A DNA stretch of 64,000 nucleotides from assembly GCF_009914755.1 (NCBI RefSeq), contig NC_060925.1; one strand, written 5' to 3'. Numbering within the stretch: position 1 is the stretch's first letter; the number at the start of each line of letters is the position of its first letter. Shown piece by piece: positions 26,425 to 40,407 of the stretch. A program made the position numbers and the translations under genes. This stretch comes from the human T2T-CHM13v2.0 reference genome, Homo sapiens. Below the pieces are notes generated by a model. It was not told the DNA's origin and ran no database searches. It saw nothing but the letters and a program-made list of their open reading frames with translations.

Positions 26425-29400
26425 CAATGACTTCAACAATGATAGCAGCTAAATTTTAATCAATCATTAATTATGGACCCCTGTCAGATCTAGGTGGTTT
26501 ACATATATTATCATTCTGTTCTCACAAATTCCCCTATGATTACCATTCCTGCTTATTGGTTAAAATACTGAGTTAAATAACTCATCCCAAGTATGTTAGC
26601 TGTAGGTGACTGAGTCAGGAGTTAATCCCAATGGTCTGATCTGGAGTCTGCACACTCACTACTCTATTGTATACTCCTACAGTATCCCTATTTTTTTAGG
26701 TATGGAAACAGGTTTCAACATCACTGTTCAAGGATGAAACCAGAAGTGCAACCCATAGTTTTGTCATCTTTCCACCTCATAAAATCTCCCTTTTAAAACC
26801 TAGCTGTTTTTAGCTAAACTCAAAATGGAAACCATAAGAAGCAGCTTTGTTTAACCTGAAGGAGTGGATAAAAATGGATTTAGCATGAAGATAGTTTTTC
26901 ACTGTTCAAGACAGTGTAAGAAGTTCCAGACTTCGCAATCTACCCCCTGTCATCTTCCCCATAGCCTGTGGTAATATAAACTACTGCATTATATGAGCTC
27001 AATGTAAGGGTCAGAAGTCCCTTAAAGAAAGACCAATTTCCATGCAATCTTGTCAAAATATTTAAAAACTCTATTCTCATAGACGGAACATGAACAGTAA
27101 TGTTTTCCCTTGAGGACTGTTTGCTCTCTGACACTGAAGATTCTTATTTTCTACAGTTTCTCTTCTCCTGACTTGTAAACAGTTTGCAGCTAAAAGTTAA
27201 AGCAAAAAAGACAAGATGGATCTATTTAATAGGATCCATCTGGGCATTAGTGGCAGTTTGAAATACACAGCTTCTCCACAAACAACTTTATTTTTAGAGC
27301 ATTCTCGTTTATTCTCTTGAATATTCTGTTTCTCACTGTGGTCTGCATATACTTAATATGCAGCACCCTGAGCAGTTAAAACAGGGTGAATGCAAAGTAT
27401 GTGGAATAATGTCAGTATATAGTTCCACGTCTCTTCATGGTCTCTGCTGAGTCCTTTTGCTCACAGGTAGAATACTATATTTGCCCATTTTCATCTTCAA
27501 AGAATTTTTCGGGACAGTTGGTGATTAATCTTTATAACCCTCTTTAGAACTGTTTTCATTATCTCTCTTTTATGGGGGAAGAAACTGAGGTAGAAAAGTC
27601 AGGAAGTTAAGACACTTGCCAAAAGCTACGGAGTGTGTTTTATGAGAGCTGCGATTAAGATGAGGCCAGATCTTTGCCTCAAGTTCTGCGCTCATAGTTC
27701 TCCTGCTTCATGAAAAATACATGCCATTTAAATATTTACATTTTGCTAACAGTAGCAGAAATAATGCCGACAAATGTTAATTAAGCAGCCACAAGATGAT
27801 TAAAACACTGGTACTGGCCTCCCCAGCAAGAGTAAATCTATTAACATTTTCTTATTGACTCTCAGATGCCTCACTGTGATCTGTCTCCATGAGCTGAAAC
27901 AAAACAAAATTTCTGATCAAAGGGATTTGTCTCATGGGGGATCAACTTTGTCAGTAGATAACTCATCACTCGGCTGGCAGGGAGTTGTTGCTTATCTGAG
28001 GACAGCCAGAAATGGCAGCATGACTCTCAGAAAGGATTTGTAGTCAAAACCAGTAACTCTCTGGGTGTCAGATATGAACAAGGGCTGCTCAGTCCCCACC
28101 ATTACTTGCTTCTACTATTTCTTGAACAAAGGGTTATCTCTGCTTCCTGCTTCAATAGATGAGGTCCCTATCGCTACAAGCAGTGTTGTGTTCCTCACCC
28201 AGCCCAAGGGCCTGCAGACACAAGATGCCAGGTGAGCATGAGGTTGTGTGTAGGAGTGGGGGTGGGTCAGCTTTACCTTTTTCCTCTCATCCAGCAAGTT
28301 CTTTCTGCAAAGCTGGGAACTGATTTCGTCACCTTCACTAAGCACAGAGGCAGGCTGGGTACACTCGGTTTCCTGGCCCTTTTCTTTGCATTCCAGTAGA
28401 TTCATATTGGCCTCTTTACTGTCTTACTCTTTCCTGCACTCCTTGGCAAAGCAGCCATGGGAAGTCTTTCTTTTCTCTTTAAGGCAACTCTTGTGAACAT
28501 GGCTGGATGAGGGCCCTCTTTATTGGCCACATTTTTCCCCAACTCCGATCTCTCTCTCTGTCTCTCTTTCTCTCTATCTCTCTCTCTTAATTTTCTTTTT
28601 TCACTAGAGTTCCTTCTTTGTGGCCTTGACACTGCCACTGAGAATTGAGGACTGTGTTTGGTAGATTGGAGGCCGCCAGTGTACATGCTCAGAGCTGACT
28701 TCAGCCTGGCTTTGTAGTACCCCCTGAAGCCACAGACACCTGTCATTGAAGGAACGGGAGCTTTTCTAACAGAATAGATTTCAGTTACAAGCAAGAATTT
28801 ATAGTAAGAAGAATCTGAAAACAAGAAACACCTCATTCATTCAGTCTGAAAATATTCTTATGCGTTTTGCCCTAAAGGAACTCATGAAATAACAGGGGAC
28901 ATAAGGTAATTAGTGTTCAAAATAGTGAGAGAAGTACTCTGATAAACCTATTCATATGGAGCTTATATAAGGGGCACCAAAATTAGACTGTTGGGTTAAA
29001 GATGCCAGCATGGAGGAAGTAATGCTAAAGTTCTAGTTGTGGAGGATCAAGGGTAAGTGGAGATAAGACCGTACTTAGGAGGTTGTGACAGTTATCAGGT
29101 AATCCAAGTGGACAGATTTTGGCAACTAAGTAGAGGGAATATACAAGACCTCGTGAGTCATTGGCCTTGAGAAGAAGTAGGGTTGCTAGTGAGAGAAATG
29201 GAAAAATTAGGAAGAGCTCTCTGATTTCTCTTTTGAGTGTCTTGGTTTTTGGAGGTGCCAGTCATTGAGATGGGAAGGCAGGAAGTAGATTGTGTTTGTC
29301 AGGGAAGAAATGTGATTGGTTTTGGACAGGTTGCCTTTGAGATGCTTGTAGGTCATCCAAGTGAAGATGACATTCTACTTGCCTGTGTGTTTCACAGACC

Positions 29401-31460
29401 CATCTGCAGACTCAAAGCAACACACACATTGCCAGGCCCTAGCAGGGCCATTTCCAATTAGCAAGGAGTCTTAGGATATCCTGAGGAGCAGAAAACTATT
29501 CAATGTTATTTATGAATGCATAGATGGTTAGAACTGGAAACACCCTTAGACAACAACAACTCACCTTATTTTGAAGATTGTCTAACCTTAGCAACATGTG
29601 TTGTGTACCACTGGAAAAAAGTACCACAGTTGGCTGCTATAGAAAGGATGAAAAAGGCCAAAGAAACATTTCTGCTGCCTCTAACACAGAATGCTAGGAA
29701 TGATGAGGCCTTTCTCTGAACAAGCCTACTTTATTCACTTATGAATAAGAATCCAGAAGACATATACTTACTGAACCATGTCAAGACTAGACAACTTCAC
29801 TGGGATAAAGAGACCCTCTCCTCATCAGTGCTCTGAGTTGGAAATCCTCAGTAGCCTAAGACATCTCTGTTTTTTAAAATCCTCCTGGACAATGTCTGGC
29901 AGAACTGGAAATCAGAATCTGAATAACAAGGACAATCTCCCTTGACATTTGCCACTCACACTCAATTCTATAAAATAGATACATTCAATGCTTACTGAGT
30001 TTTCTGTACCAAGTACTACTAAGTACCATGAGTCAGAGACAGAAAGAAAAATTATAAGCTATGGTCTCAACCTTCAGATTGCTTATGGCCTAGAAGAAGA
30101 AATACACATTTAAAGAAAACTTCACAACATAAATTCTTGACTTGTTCTATTGACAGTTTTATCTCTCAGGAGGTTAAGAAAGCAATTGGAGGAACAAATG
30201 CATTGGGTCTATCTGTGAGAGACATATGGGGAAGAAGCATTAAACTCACATTTTATTTTCCTATCAAAGGAAATTATTATTAGCAGAAATACTAGGTTTG
30301 ACATTAGCAAGAGGGAATTAAGGCTGGAGAGAGGGTGCCATTCAAGTGTCCTGGTGTGGATGAACTTCTTCATGCTAGGTTACTCTAAGAATTTACAGGC
30401 GCAACCTTCAAATGCTACTTAGTGATTTTTGAGGAAATGAGAAGTGCTGGAGAGGTACCCCCAAACTGAAGGCAATAGTGCAGCTTTTCAAATAAAAAAG
30501 AGAAGCATATGCTTTTCAAACCACAAGCATATGAGTTTTATGACAATGCAGGACAGTATTCTAGACTAAATTTACTTTTTAGAAAACACAAATACTTAGA
30601 AAAGGAATCATAATGAACGTGAATCAACCTTTTTGAGTATAAGTTGTGCCAAACTCACCCTATTTGCCTTTCAATTCAGCCACCACACTGACGCATCATG
30701 AAAACTCAGTCAACATTGTGTTTCCAATTTATGTGGGGACACCACATGTGGTTTTAGAGCCACAATTCCAAAGATATTTCAAGAACATTAAAAATTCTCA
30801 GAACATAGCATTTTAGCTCTTACTTTAGGTGTAATTAAATTCCCCTGTATTTGCAGTGTCCTCATGACCAATCAACTGAAAGCCATCGTACAGCCCAGGA
30901 GGCTATTAGAGAGCACCCAGCGGTTACATTTTAGTTATTTATTCACTTTATCTCATGCTATTTTCTCTCATCTCTTCAACCTTTCCATTAATCTGTTAGC
31001 CTGTCTTCAGACTCTGTTTGCTTTAAGTTGCTTTTCTCAGGCCCTGGGACTTGATTAAGGAAAATATCTATGCAATTCATCAAAGCCAAAGGAAAATCCA
31101 AGCAGTCTTTCAAGTATAATGTAACCTTTTGCTTTGCCTCCATATTTATTAACTAGGTCAAGTAGTGGACATGAGGCCCTGAGTGTCTCTGTTTGACCTT
31201 GATTTGGGCCAGGCTGCCTCCAGAAAAACAAAATGAACTCAGAGTATGGATTGCTTTTTATTTTGCTGACACTAGATCAATGGCTTTCCAGTTTTTTGGC
31301 TGCGACTCATATCACTTACGGCCTTTATATCTGCACCACACTTTCATGGTTATTGCCAGATTATAGGGTGTGGCAAGGATTAGATTGGGGCAGTTTACCT
31401 GCAATTCCTGACAGCTTAGTTTTAAATCCACCTTTTCCTTTATCACTCAAGAGAACATGA

Positions 31461-31814
<354 letters not shown>

Positions 31815-33404
31815 ACAGGGACAATCTTGATTCTGGTCCATGTTTATGAAAAATCTGTTTGTTCCTATATCTTAGTATTATTATTAAAGGTTACAAGTTA
31901 CTTACAACATCTTATAATTGATTGTTCAGTGATAGTGGGTTGTGACTCCAGTACCAAGAACTGTACCAGATAATACACAGCCAATGGCTTATGCTTCAAC
32001 ATAAACTACTTACTATGTTGGGGGAAAATTCAGTTTGTGAAGACCTTTGTGTTTCTAATAATTAAGCCCGTGTCAGGCCGATTGGTGAAAAAGGTCAGTC
32101 TTTCATGTTTCCGTTAATTATTTCTCAGATTAACACAAAGAAACAGGAGGGGAAAAAGGAAAGCAAAGATATCAAAGATATTAGTTACTACCAATATCTT
32201 TGCTTTCCTTTTTCCTCTCCTATCAAAATCTTCCCTCATCAAAATGACATCAGTCATTAACACTATAGTATAAATTCAAGTCAATGTACATTGTATTTCC
32301 AGAAAACGTGTATTGCTTGCATTTTTTTTTTTTTTGCCTTATTTCAGCAGTAGAGTTAAGAGCATTTCTATCCAGTAGATGTAATTTTAAGTAACTGCTC
32401 TAACACCAGATAGCTTGATGCTGAAATCTAGTGGGGAGATGAGTTACCCTTTTCTGAAATCATTAAAAAAAAAAAAAAGGGAAATTGCAAAGAAAGGCAG
32501 TGTTGATTTGCAGCCTCCTCTGCTGGTACTTTGCAAGATTTGCTGGCTAAGATCAGTGATTTCTCTCCACTGCTGTAATAGTTCCTCTATAAAGGGCCCA
32601 TTTCCCTGAAATTTAAAAATTATCCTTCTTTACAGGAAAAACAGTTTGATTCAGCCCATTTTCACAAACTAACTTTTTCACACTGGAGTGTTCTGAATTG
32701 GATAATAAAACCAGATGCCAAAGAGAAGGGGAAAAAAAGAAAATCAAGGCTTTATATCAACCATAACCCATACATAGTATAGGATCCCTCCTCAGTAATT
32801 CTTTTATAATTCCATGTATACCTTTTCTGATTTAGTTAAGTACACATGGTGGGCAGCTAATCAGGGTTTTGTTTTTTTAATTAAAAATTAGGGCTCGATA
32901 CGGGGGAGGGGAATCTCCGATTGACTAATTTAAGTGCTCAGACATTGAAATTTCTTTTGAAACAAATCACATCCCGGTTTAGGTATTTGCTACATTTCAA
33001 TTTCTTTAATTTTAAAAGTCACATTGGGGATAATAACAGCTATTTAAAATAAGAGGTCTAAAAGGCACCACAGACATTGAAGAAGACAGACACAGCATGG
33101 AGTTTGAGGGAGTCAGTAGCAAGTTTCCCTTCTGGAGTGTTACTCAGGCCCATAGGCCTGGGTTAGTTTCGGGGAACCAAGTTACAGTGAATAACAGGAT
33201 TGTTTTACTGGCACAGTTTCTAACCTGTGAAACTCTACTCTGTCTTTAATTTATTGGCCAAGTATCTTCACACTTCAGCACTGAGGCTGTGGGGAACCCA
33301 GAAGAGAGTGCAGCCCCATAGTTTCTGTTCATATGGTGCCAGTACGAGCTTCCCCAAAATACAAATTCATTCACTGCTTCTGTTAAACCCTCTAACAAAC
33401 TCGA

Positions 33405-33778
33405 GCTGCTCAAAAAAAAAAAAAAAAAAAAAAAAAGCCATAGACTGGGTGGCTTATGCAACAGGCATTCATTTCTCACAGTTCTGGACACTGCAAGTCT
33501 GAGATCAGGGTGTCAGCATGGTCAGGCTCTGATGAGGCCCACTTCCTGGCTTGCAGACAGCTGCTTTTTCATTGTATCCTCACATGGCAGAGAGACAAAG
33601 CTCTGGTGTCTCTTCTTCCTCTTCTGGGGCATTCATCCCATCATGAGACCCCACCATCCCTACTTTATCTAAACCTAATCACTTCCCAAAGGCCCCACCT
33701 CGTAATACCATTTACATTAGGGGTTAGGGTTCAAAATATGAATTTTCTTGGGGGACACAAACATTCAGTCCAGAACAA
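33405..33778 (-). mobile_element. MLT1A-like MaLR solo LTR with an internal poly-A expansion (33412-33437)
   Basis: 'ccatagactgggtggcttat...atttctcacagttctgga...cttcccaaaggccccacct...gggggacacaaacattcagtcc'. Confidence 0.85.
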
Positions 33779-36173
33779 CCTCCTTACTTCAAGTCCCCTA
33801 TCCCCACCTGGAATTAGAAACCCTTTTACACACTGCTCCCTGCCTGTCTATCTCCACCCTGCATCTCTCATCCCTCCCCTTACAGGCTGATCCACATCTG
33901 TTCCAAACCACTTGCCATGTGCTTTCTGATGGCTTTTTACACCTTACGTTACAGGCCTGGAATCTCTTCCTTAACATTTTTGATCTGAGCAATTCTCATT
34001 CTTTTAAGAGTAGCCAATATAGCCTCTCTCCTCTCCACCATATTAGCCTGTAGCATTCCATCACTGAGTCAACTGGGGTATTTATTCTGCTTATTGGCTC
34101 AGGAAAAGCAGAAAGCAGAAGACAAGGACATCTATCCTTGACTTCTGAGTTTTTAAAAGCCTTAGGCCCTCAGGGAAAGGGAGGCCATGGATTTGAGAAA
34201 ATAATGAGGCATAAAAGCAGCTTTTCCCCTACCATAGATGAAAGCACCAAAGATGAATTCTCTACTGGTTTAAGGAAGGAGGAGTTGGTGGAGGAGCCAT
34301 GAGGAATGAGAAAGCAGGGGCAGTGGGTAGGGGTTGGAACAGGGAGAGGCAGATCTCTTAGAGAGGTGCGTGTTATTGGAGAGCACAGAAGGCTGTGTCC
34401 ACACTAGGAGAAGCAGCCCCAGAGAGGGAATGGTTTCGTGGCCCATCCAAGCAGACAGGCCTAGAGCTCCAGCCAGGAGACCCTGGTTCAGGGAGCTGTG
34501 GCATCTTCACAAGAAGACAAGTGCCATAAGATTTTAGCACCCTTGTTTTTGAATGTGCAGCTGCAGCAACAGAGAGGAAATTGCTGAATGGAGTTGCTAG
34601 ATTTGAATTGACCTTTTGCTGGATGTGAAGGATGACTTGGGTATGATCTGCATGGACCACCCCAGGAAGCAGGTGGGATGATGGATGTGTTTATAGATGC
34701 CAGGCCCTCAAATGCCACCATACACACAACACTTGGGCACTATAAACACCCCCAGAATGTGGATACAACCCCAAACTGACTGAGGTGAAAATTCTACCAC
34801 CTGGCAGAATGGGCACACAAGATAGAAATTGATTAAAATCAATTAAAATCAATTCTAATTGCACATCAGAATTTTTAGACAGGGATTCAAACCCATACAA
34901 AATTAGGGCTTAATGCAGAGATGATCAATGCAGATTCAACGCAGAGATCATCCATACAGACCTTCTAATAAACCTTCATGAGAAAGTTAGGGGCTCTCTC
35001 TTTTTTTAAAAAAGGAAAACAATTCCTTCCTTATAGGGTTAATATAAGGATTAATGATAGCATGTTTGTAAAAGACTCAGCATAGTGCCTAATTTGTAGA
35101 AAACCCTCAATAATTTGTGGATTTGATTCCAGTTCATCTTGCTCACCTTTGTTTGCATGGTGCCTGGCACAAAGCAGACACTCGTATATGCTCACTGAAT
35201 TGAACCATGATCTATAATCTAGTTAATAGAAAAGACTGGCACATGTAAAATGTGAATGTTTATAAATTATGTACCACTGTCTATATTTATAGAGTAGTAT
35301 ATAATCTATCAAAGCAGTAACAGTACAGAAGGGAGGGAGAGATCATTTTTGTTAGTAGTCTAACTTCCTAAAATCTGAACCACAAAGAAACAAGAAAGTT
35401 TGCTTGGCAAATAAATCAAATCACTCTACCTGGAATATGAGAAAAATTATCTAACATCCACTGGACCACTGCAAATTTAGGCTCTGATTCTAGCTTAAGG
35501 AATGTACAATAACTTCCAGTACGACTCTGTCCACACATGGATCTAAACACCCATCAAAATTCTTTTTCTTTACAACATTTGGTTAAATTTGAAAGTAATA
35601 TTGAGAGAGGCCACAGAGAAATGCAAGCTACATCACAGTGGGACATGTGAGAGGCTGTTACCAGACGACAGAAAGCAAAAGTTACGTTTCCATAGGAGAA
35701 AGTTAAGGGAAGACTGTGGGTCGAAGGAGTCCGCGTGGGGCAGGAAACAGCACCCCCTACTGTCTCTGAACTGCAGGCCACCCCACCTACTGGGCATGCT
35801 GTGGGAGCATCAAAGCACAGTGCAGGATGTTCGACTCCTTGGAGAGGTCTGTGGCTGTGACTGCTTGGTGGCGTTAAGGAAGGTAACGCCAGCATCACTA
35901 ATCAGATAGCTGGTAAGTGTCTTTATCTGCATGAGGTAGAAAACTAATTGGAGAACAGGCCCATTGTGAAGGTGTGAGACAACCAAGAGGGTGACTTGGT
36001 ATATGCTGTGCTTGGCTGGAAAGAAGAAGTTCTGTAAATTAATTGCCAGCAAAGAATGAAATGAAATGTTTTGTTAGATACAGCAGTCCTTCCCTTTCCT
36101 TTCTGCCCACACCCCACTTCCCTCTCCTCCCCCTCTCCTTCTTTTCTCTCTCTCCCACCTCCACCCCTTACTA

Positions 36174-36607
<434 letters not shown>

Positions 36608-36931
36608 CTATTTGTGTCAGAGGTCCTGTTCTGAAAGAAATGGAAATGGAGGCGCTCTTAATAAGGTGTTAGTGCTAGGAAAGCTTGTGAATATATGGAC
36701 TGGTGGCTTCTGCTTTCTTCCACTGAGGTCAGAATGAGGATTAATAGACAAACTGGAATAGGGATGGGGAGGGAGGTACTGGGGGAAGAGGCTTAAGTTT
36801 ATTGTGAGGCACTGAAACCTATGGAGCCAAAATACAGACTCACTTCAATTGGTTTAATGGGGGCATTTTGCTTTGTTTTTCTTTTTGTTTTGTTTTGTTT
36901 GACTAGTGTAGTGTTGAAAAGACATTAGACC

Positions 36932-37125
36932 ACAGTTCCTTATCCCTGGCATTATAGATATTTGGGGCTGGAAATCTGCCCTGGGTATTGTAGGATATTC
37001 AGAGCATCCCTGGCCTCTACCTTCTAGCCACAGGAAGCACTCTCCTATGTTTTGACCACCAAAATGTCCCAGACATTGTCAAATGTCCCCTTGGTGGCAC
37101 AATCAATCCTGGCTGAGAACCACTG
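36932..37125. mobile_element. MER20
   Basis: 'gcatccctggcctctac...gaccaccaaaatgtcccagacattgtcaaatgtcccct...ggctgagaaccactg'. Confidence 0.85.
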
Positions 37126-38109
37126 CATTAGAGAGTAAAACAGCGAGACATTCACTGATGCTGGTAGCACTGTGATTCTGGGGTCTAAATTAGAGTAGAA
37201 AACTTCTTGATAGAGAACTGATGATGATTCCAGGCTGTTCCAAGTTCAGGGTAGAATGATCTGAAAATTTATAACACGTGTTGAGAAGTTTGTTGACAAA
37301 TCTGGGCATAACACTGATAATAGCATTTACTTAGAGATGCATTTCTGTCTAAAACAATTATTTTAAAAACCTAAGGACAAAGAGTGTTTGTGCAGATGCC
37401 AGAGATATGGATATTAAGGGGGAAATAATGATAGAAATAAGAGCAGTTTCGTTCCTGCTGTCCAAAATTATAAGTCAGTCCACAGAGATTAAAAACAACA
37501 CACAATCCACCTTAATGGCAAACTACACCCAGCACTCCATGGCAGAAAAGTAAGAATGAAAATGATGAAATGCACTGCAGCCACAGCAATACCCAGTCTC
37601 AGCCCATTATCTTTTACCCATCCAGCCCTCCATCCAGGATGAGAGCTCTGCTTTCCACACAAGGAATTCAGAATTGTACATTCGCTGCTACCCTCTTTGG
37701 AGTCCAAACACAAAGGGGAAGAGCATTTGTACTGGGTTTGAAAACTTAATAAACAATTTGAAATAAACCTGCGATAAAGTGGTGAAACCAGACAGGTGAA
37801 CATGTTTCAGGAGCAAGACATAGATGAGCATTCACCTGCAAGTAAATCCCATGATGGGCTCTAGGAGAAGTAAGTACGGACTTTGGGTTAAAAAAGCAGA
37901 AGAGTAGGGTTAAAACACCCAGCCCCTGAAGTGGTAGGTAAAGAAATCTTCAGATCACAACTAAATGAGGTGTGTTCCTATAATACCTGAATTTGAGAGG
38001 CTAAAAAATATTTGGACACTGCATTACACTTCGCCCCTTTCCACTTGGTGCTTATGGTAATCCTGATGCATTTCTATTTTTTTCTAGGACACTGGACTCC
38101 AATCATACA

Positions 38110-40407
38110 TGATATGGTTTGACTCTGTGTCGCCACCCAAATCTCATCTTGAATTGTACTCTCATAATTCCCACGTGTTGTGGGAGGGACCCAGTGGGAG
38201 ATAATTTGAATCATGGGGGTGGTTTCCTCCATACTGTTCTCATGGCATTCAGTAAGTCTCATGAGATCTGATGGGTTTATTAGGGATTTCCACTTTTGCT
38301 TCTTCCTCATTTTCTCTTGCCGACGCCATGTAAGAAGTGCCTTTTGCCTCCCTCCATGATTCTGAGGCCTCCCAAGCCATGTGGAACTGTAAGTCCAATT
38401 AAACCTCTTTTTCTTCCCAGTCTGAGGTATGTCTTTATCAGCAGTGTGAAAATGGACTAATACAGTAAATTGGTACCAGTAGAGTGGGATGTTGCTGAAA
38501 AGATAACCGAAAATGTGGAAGTGACCTTGAAACTGGGTATCAGGCAGAGGTTGGAACAGTTTGAAGGGCTCAGAAGAAGACAGGAAAATGTGGGAAAGTT
38601 TGGAACCTCCTAGAGACTTGTTTAATGGCTTTGACAAAAACGCTGATAGTGATATGAACAATAAGGTCCAGGCTGAGGTGGTCTCAGATGGAGATGAGGA
38701 ACTTGTTGGGAACGGAGCAAAGGTGACTCTTGTTATGTTTCAGCAAAAAGACTGATGACATTTTGCCCCTGCCCTAGAGATTCGTGGAACTTTGAACTTG
38801 AGAGAGATGATTTAGGGTATCTGGTGGAAGAAATTTCTAAGCAACAAAGCATTCAAGAGGTGACTTGGGTGCTGTTAAAAGCCTTCCATTTTAAAAGGGA
38901 AACAGAGCATAAAAGTTCACAAAATTTGCAGCCTGACAATGCAGTAGAAAAGAAAAACCCATTCTTTTTGTGGAGAAATTCAAGCTGGCTGCATAAATTT
39001 GCATATGCAACAAGGAGCCGAATGTTAATCACCAAGACAGTGGGGAAAATGTCTCCAGGACATGTCATAGGTCTTCATAGAAGCCCTTCCCATCACAGAC
39101 CTGGAAGCCTAGGAGGAAAAAATTGTTTCATGGGCCGGGCCCAGGGTCCCCATGCTGTGTGCAGCCTAGGGACTTGGTGCCCTGCATCCCAGCTGCTCCA
39201 GCCATTGCTAAAGGGGGCCAAGGTACAGCTTGGCCCATGGTTTTACAGGATGTAAGCCCCAAACCTTGGCACTTCCATGTGGTGTTGAGTCTGTGGGTGC
39301 AAAGAAGTCAAGAATTGAGGTTTGGGAACCTCCACCTAGATTTCAGAAGATGTATGGAAACACCTGGATGCCAAGGCAAAAGTTTGCTGCAGAGTGGGGC
39401 CCTCACAGAGAACCTCTGCTAGGGCAGTGTGAAAGGGAAATGTGGGTCAGAGCCCCACACAGAGTCTCTACTGGGACACTGCCTAATGGAGCTGTGAGAA
39501 GCGGGCAACCATTCTCCAGACCCCAGAATGGTAGATCCCCTGACAGCTTGCACCATGTGCCTGGAAAAGCCACAGACACTCAACATCAGCCTGTAAAAGC
39601 AGTCAGGAGTGGGGCTATACCCTGCAAAGCCACAGGGTTGGAGCTGTTCAAGGCTATAGGAACCTACCTCTTGCATCAGCATGACCTGGATGTGAGACAT
39701 GGAGTCAAAGGAGGTCATTCTGGAGCTTTAGAATTTGACTGCCATGCTAGATTTCGGATTTACATGGGCCCTGTAACCCCTTAGTTTTGGCCAATTTCTC
39801 CCATTTGGAACAGCTGTATTTACCCAATACCTGTACCCCCATTGTATCTAGGAAATAACTAGCTTGCTTTTGATTTTCCAGGCTCATAGGTGGAAGGGGC
39901 TTGTCTTGTCTCAGACAAGACTTTGGACTGTGGACTTTTGGGTTAATGTTGAAATGAGTTAAAACTTTGGGGGACTGTTGGGAAGGCATGATTGGTTTTG
40001 AAATGTGAGGACATGAGATTTGGAGTGTCCAGGGGTGGAATGATATGGTTTGGCTCTGTGTCCCCACCCAAATCTCATCTTGAATTATACTCCCATAATT
40101 CCCAAGTGTTGTGAGAGGGACCCAGTGGGAGATAATTTGAATCATGGGAGTGGTTTCCTCCATACTGTTTTCATGGTAGTGAATAAATATCATGAGATCT
40201 GATGGTTTTATGAGATCTTTCTTCATCTTCAGATCTTTTTGCATCTTTCTCATTTTTTCTTGCTGCCGCCATGTAAGAAGTGCCTTTCACCTCCTGCCAT
40301 GATTCTAAGGCCTCTCCAGCTATGTGCAACTGTAAGTCCAATTACACCTCTTTTCCTTCCCAGTCTCGGGTATGTCTCTATCAGCAGCATGAAAATGGAC
40401 TAATACA
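38110..40407 (+). mobile_element. Complete THE1 (THE1A/B) MaLR element: LTR 38110-38464, internal 38465-40040, LTR 40041-40407
   Basis: Both LTRs start TGATATGGTTTG and end GGACTAATACA; typical THE1 internal region; 5-bp TSD ataca/acaca. Strand follows consensus orientation. Confidence 0.95.

Noticed and set aside
28115-28836. Two abutting minus-strand ORFs (144 aa and 96 aa)
   Set aside because: The RE-rich part is a translated (TC)n repeat; no recognisable domain or splice structure
38074-40253. Long ORFs of 166-195 aa on both strands
   Set aside because: All lie within the THE1 LTRs or internal region; not host genes
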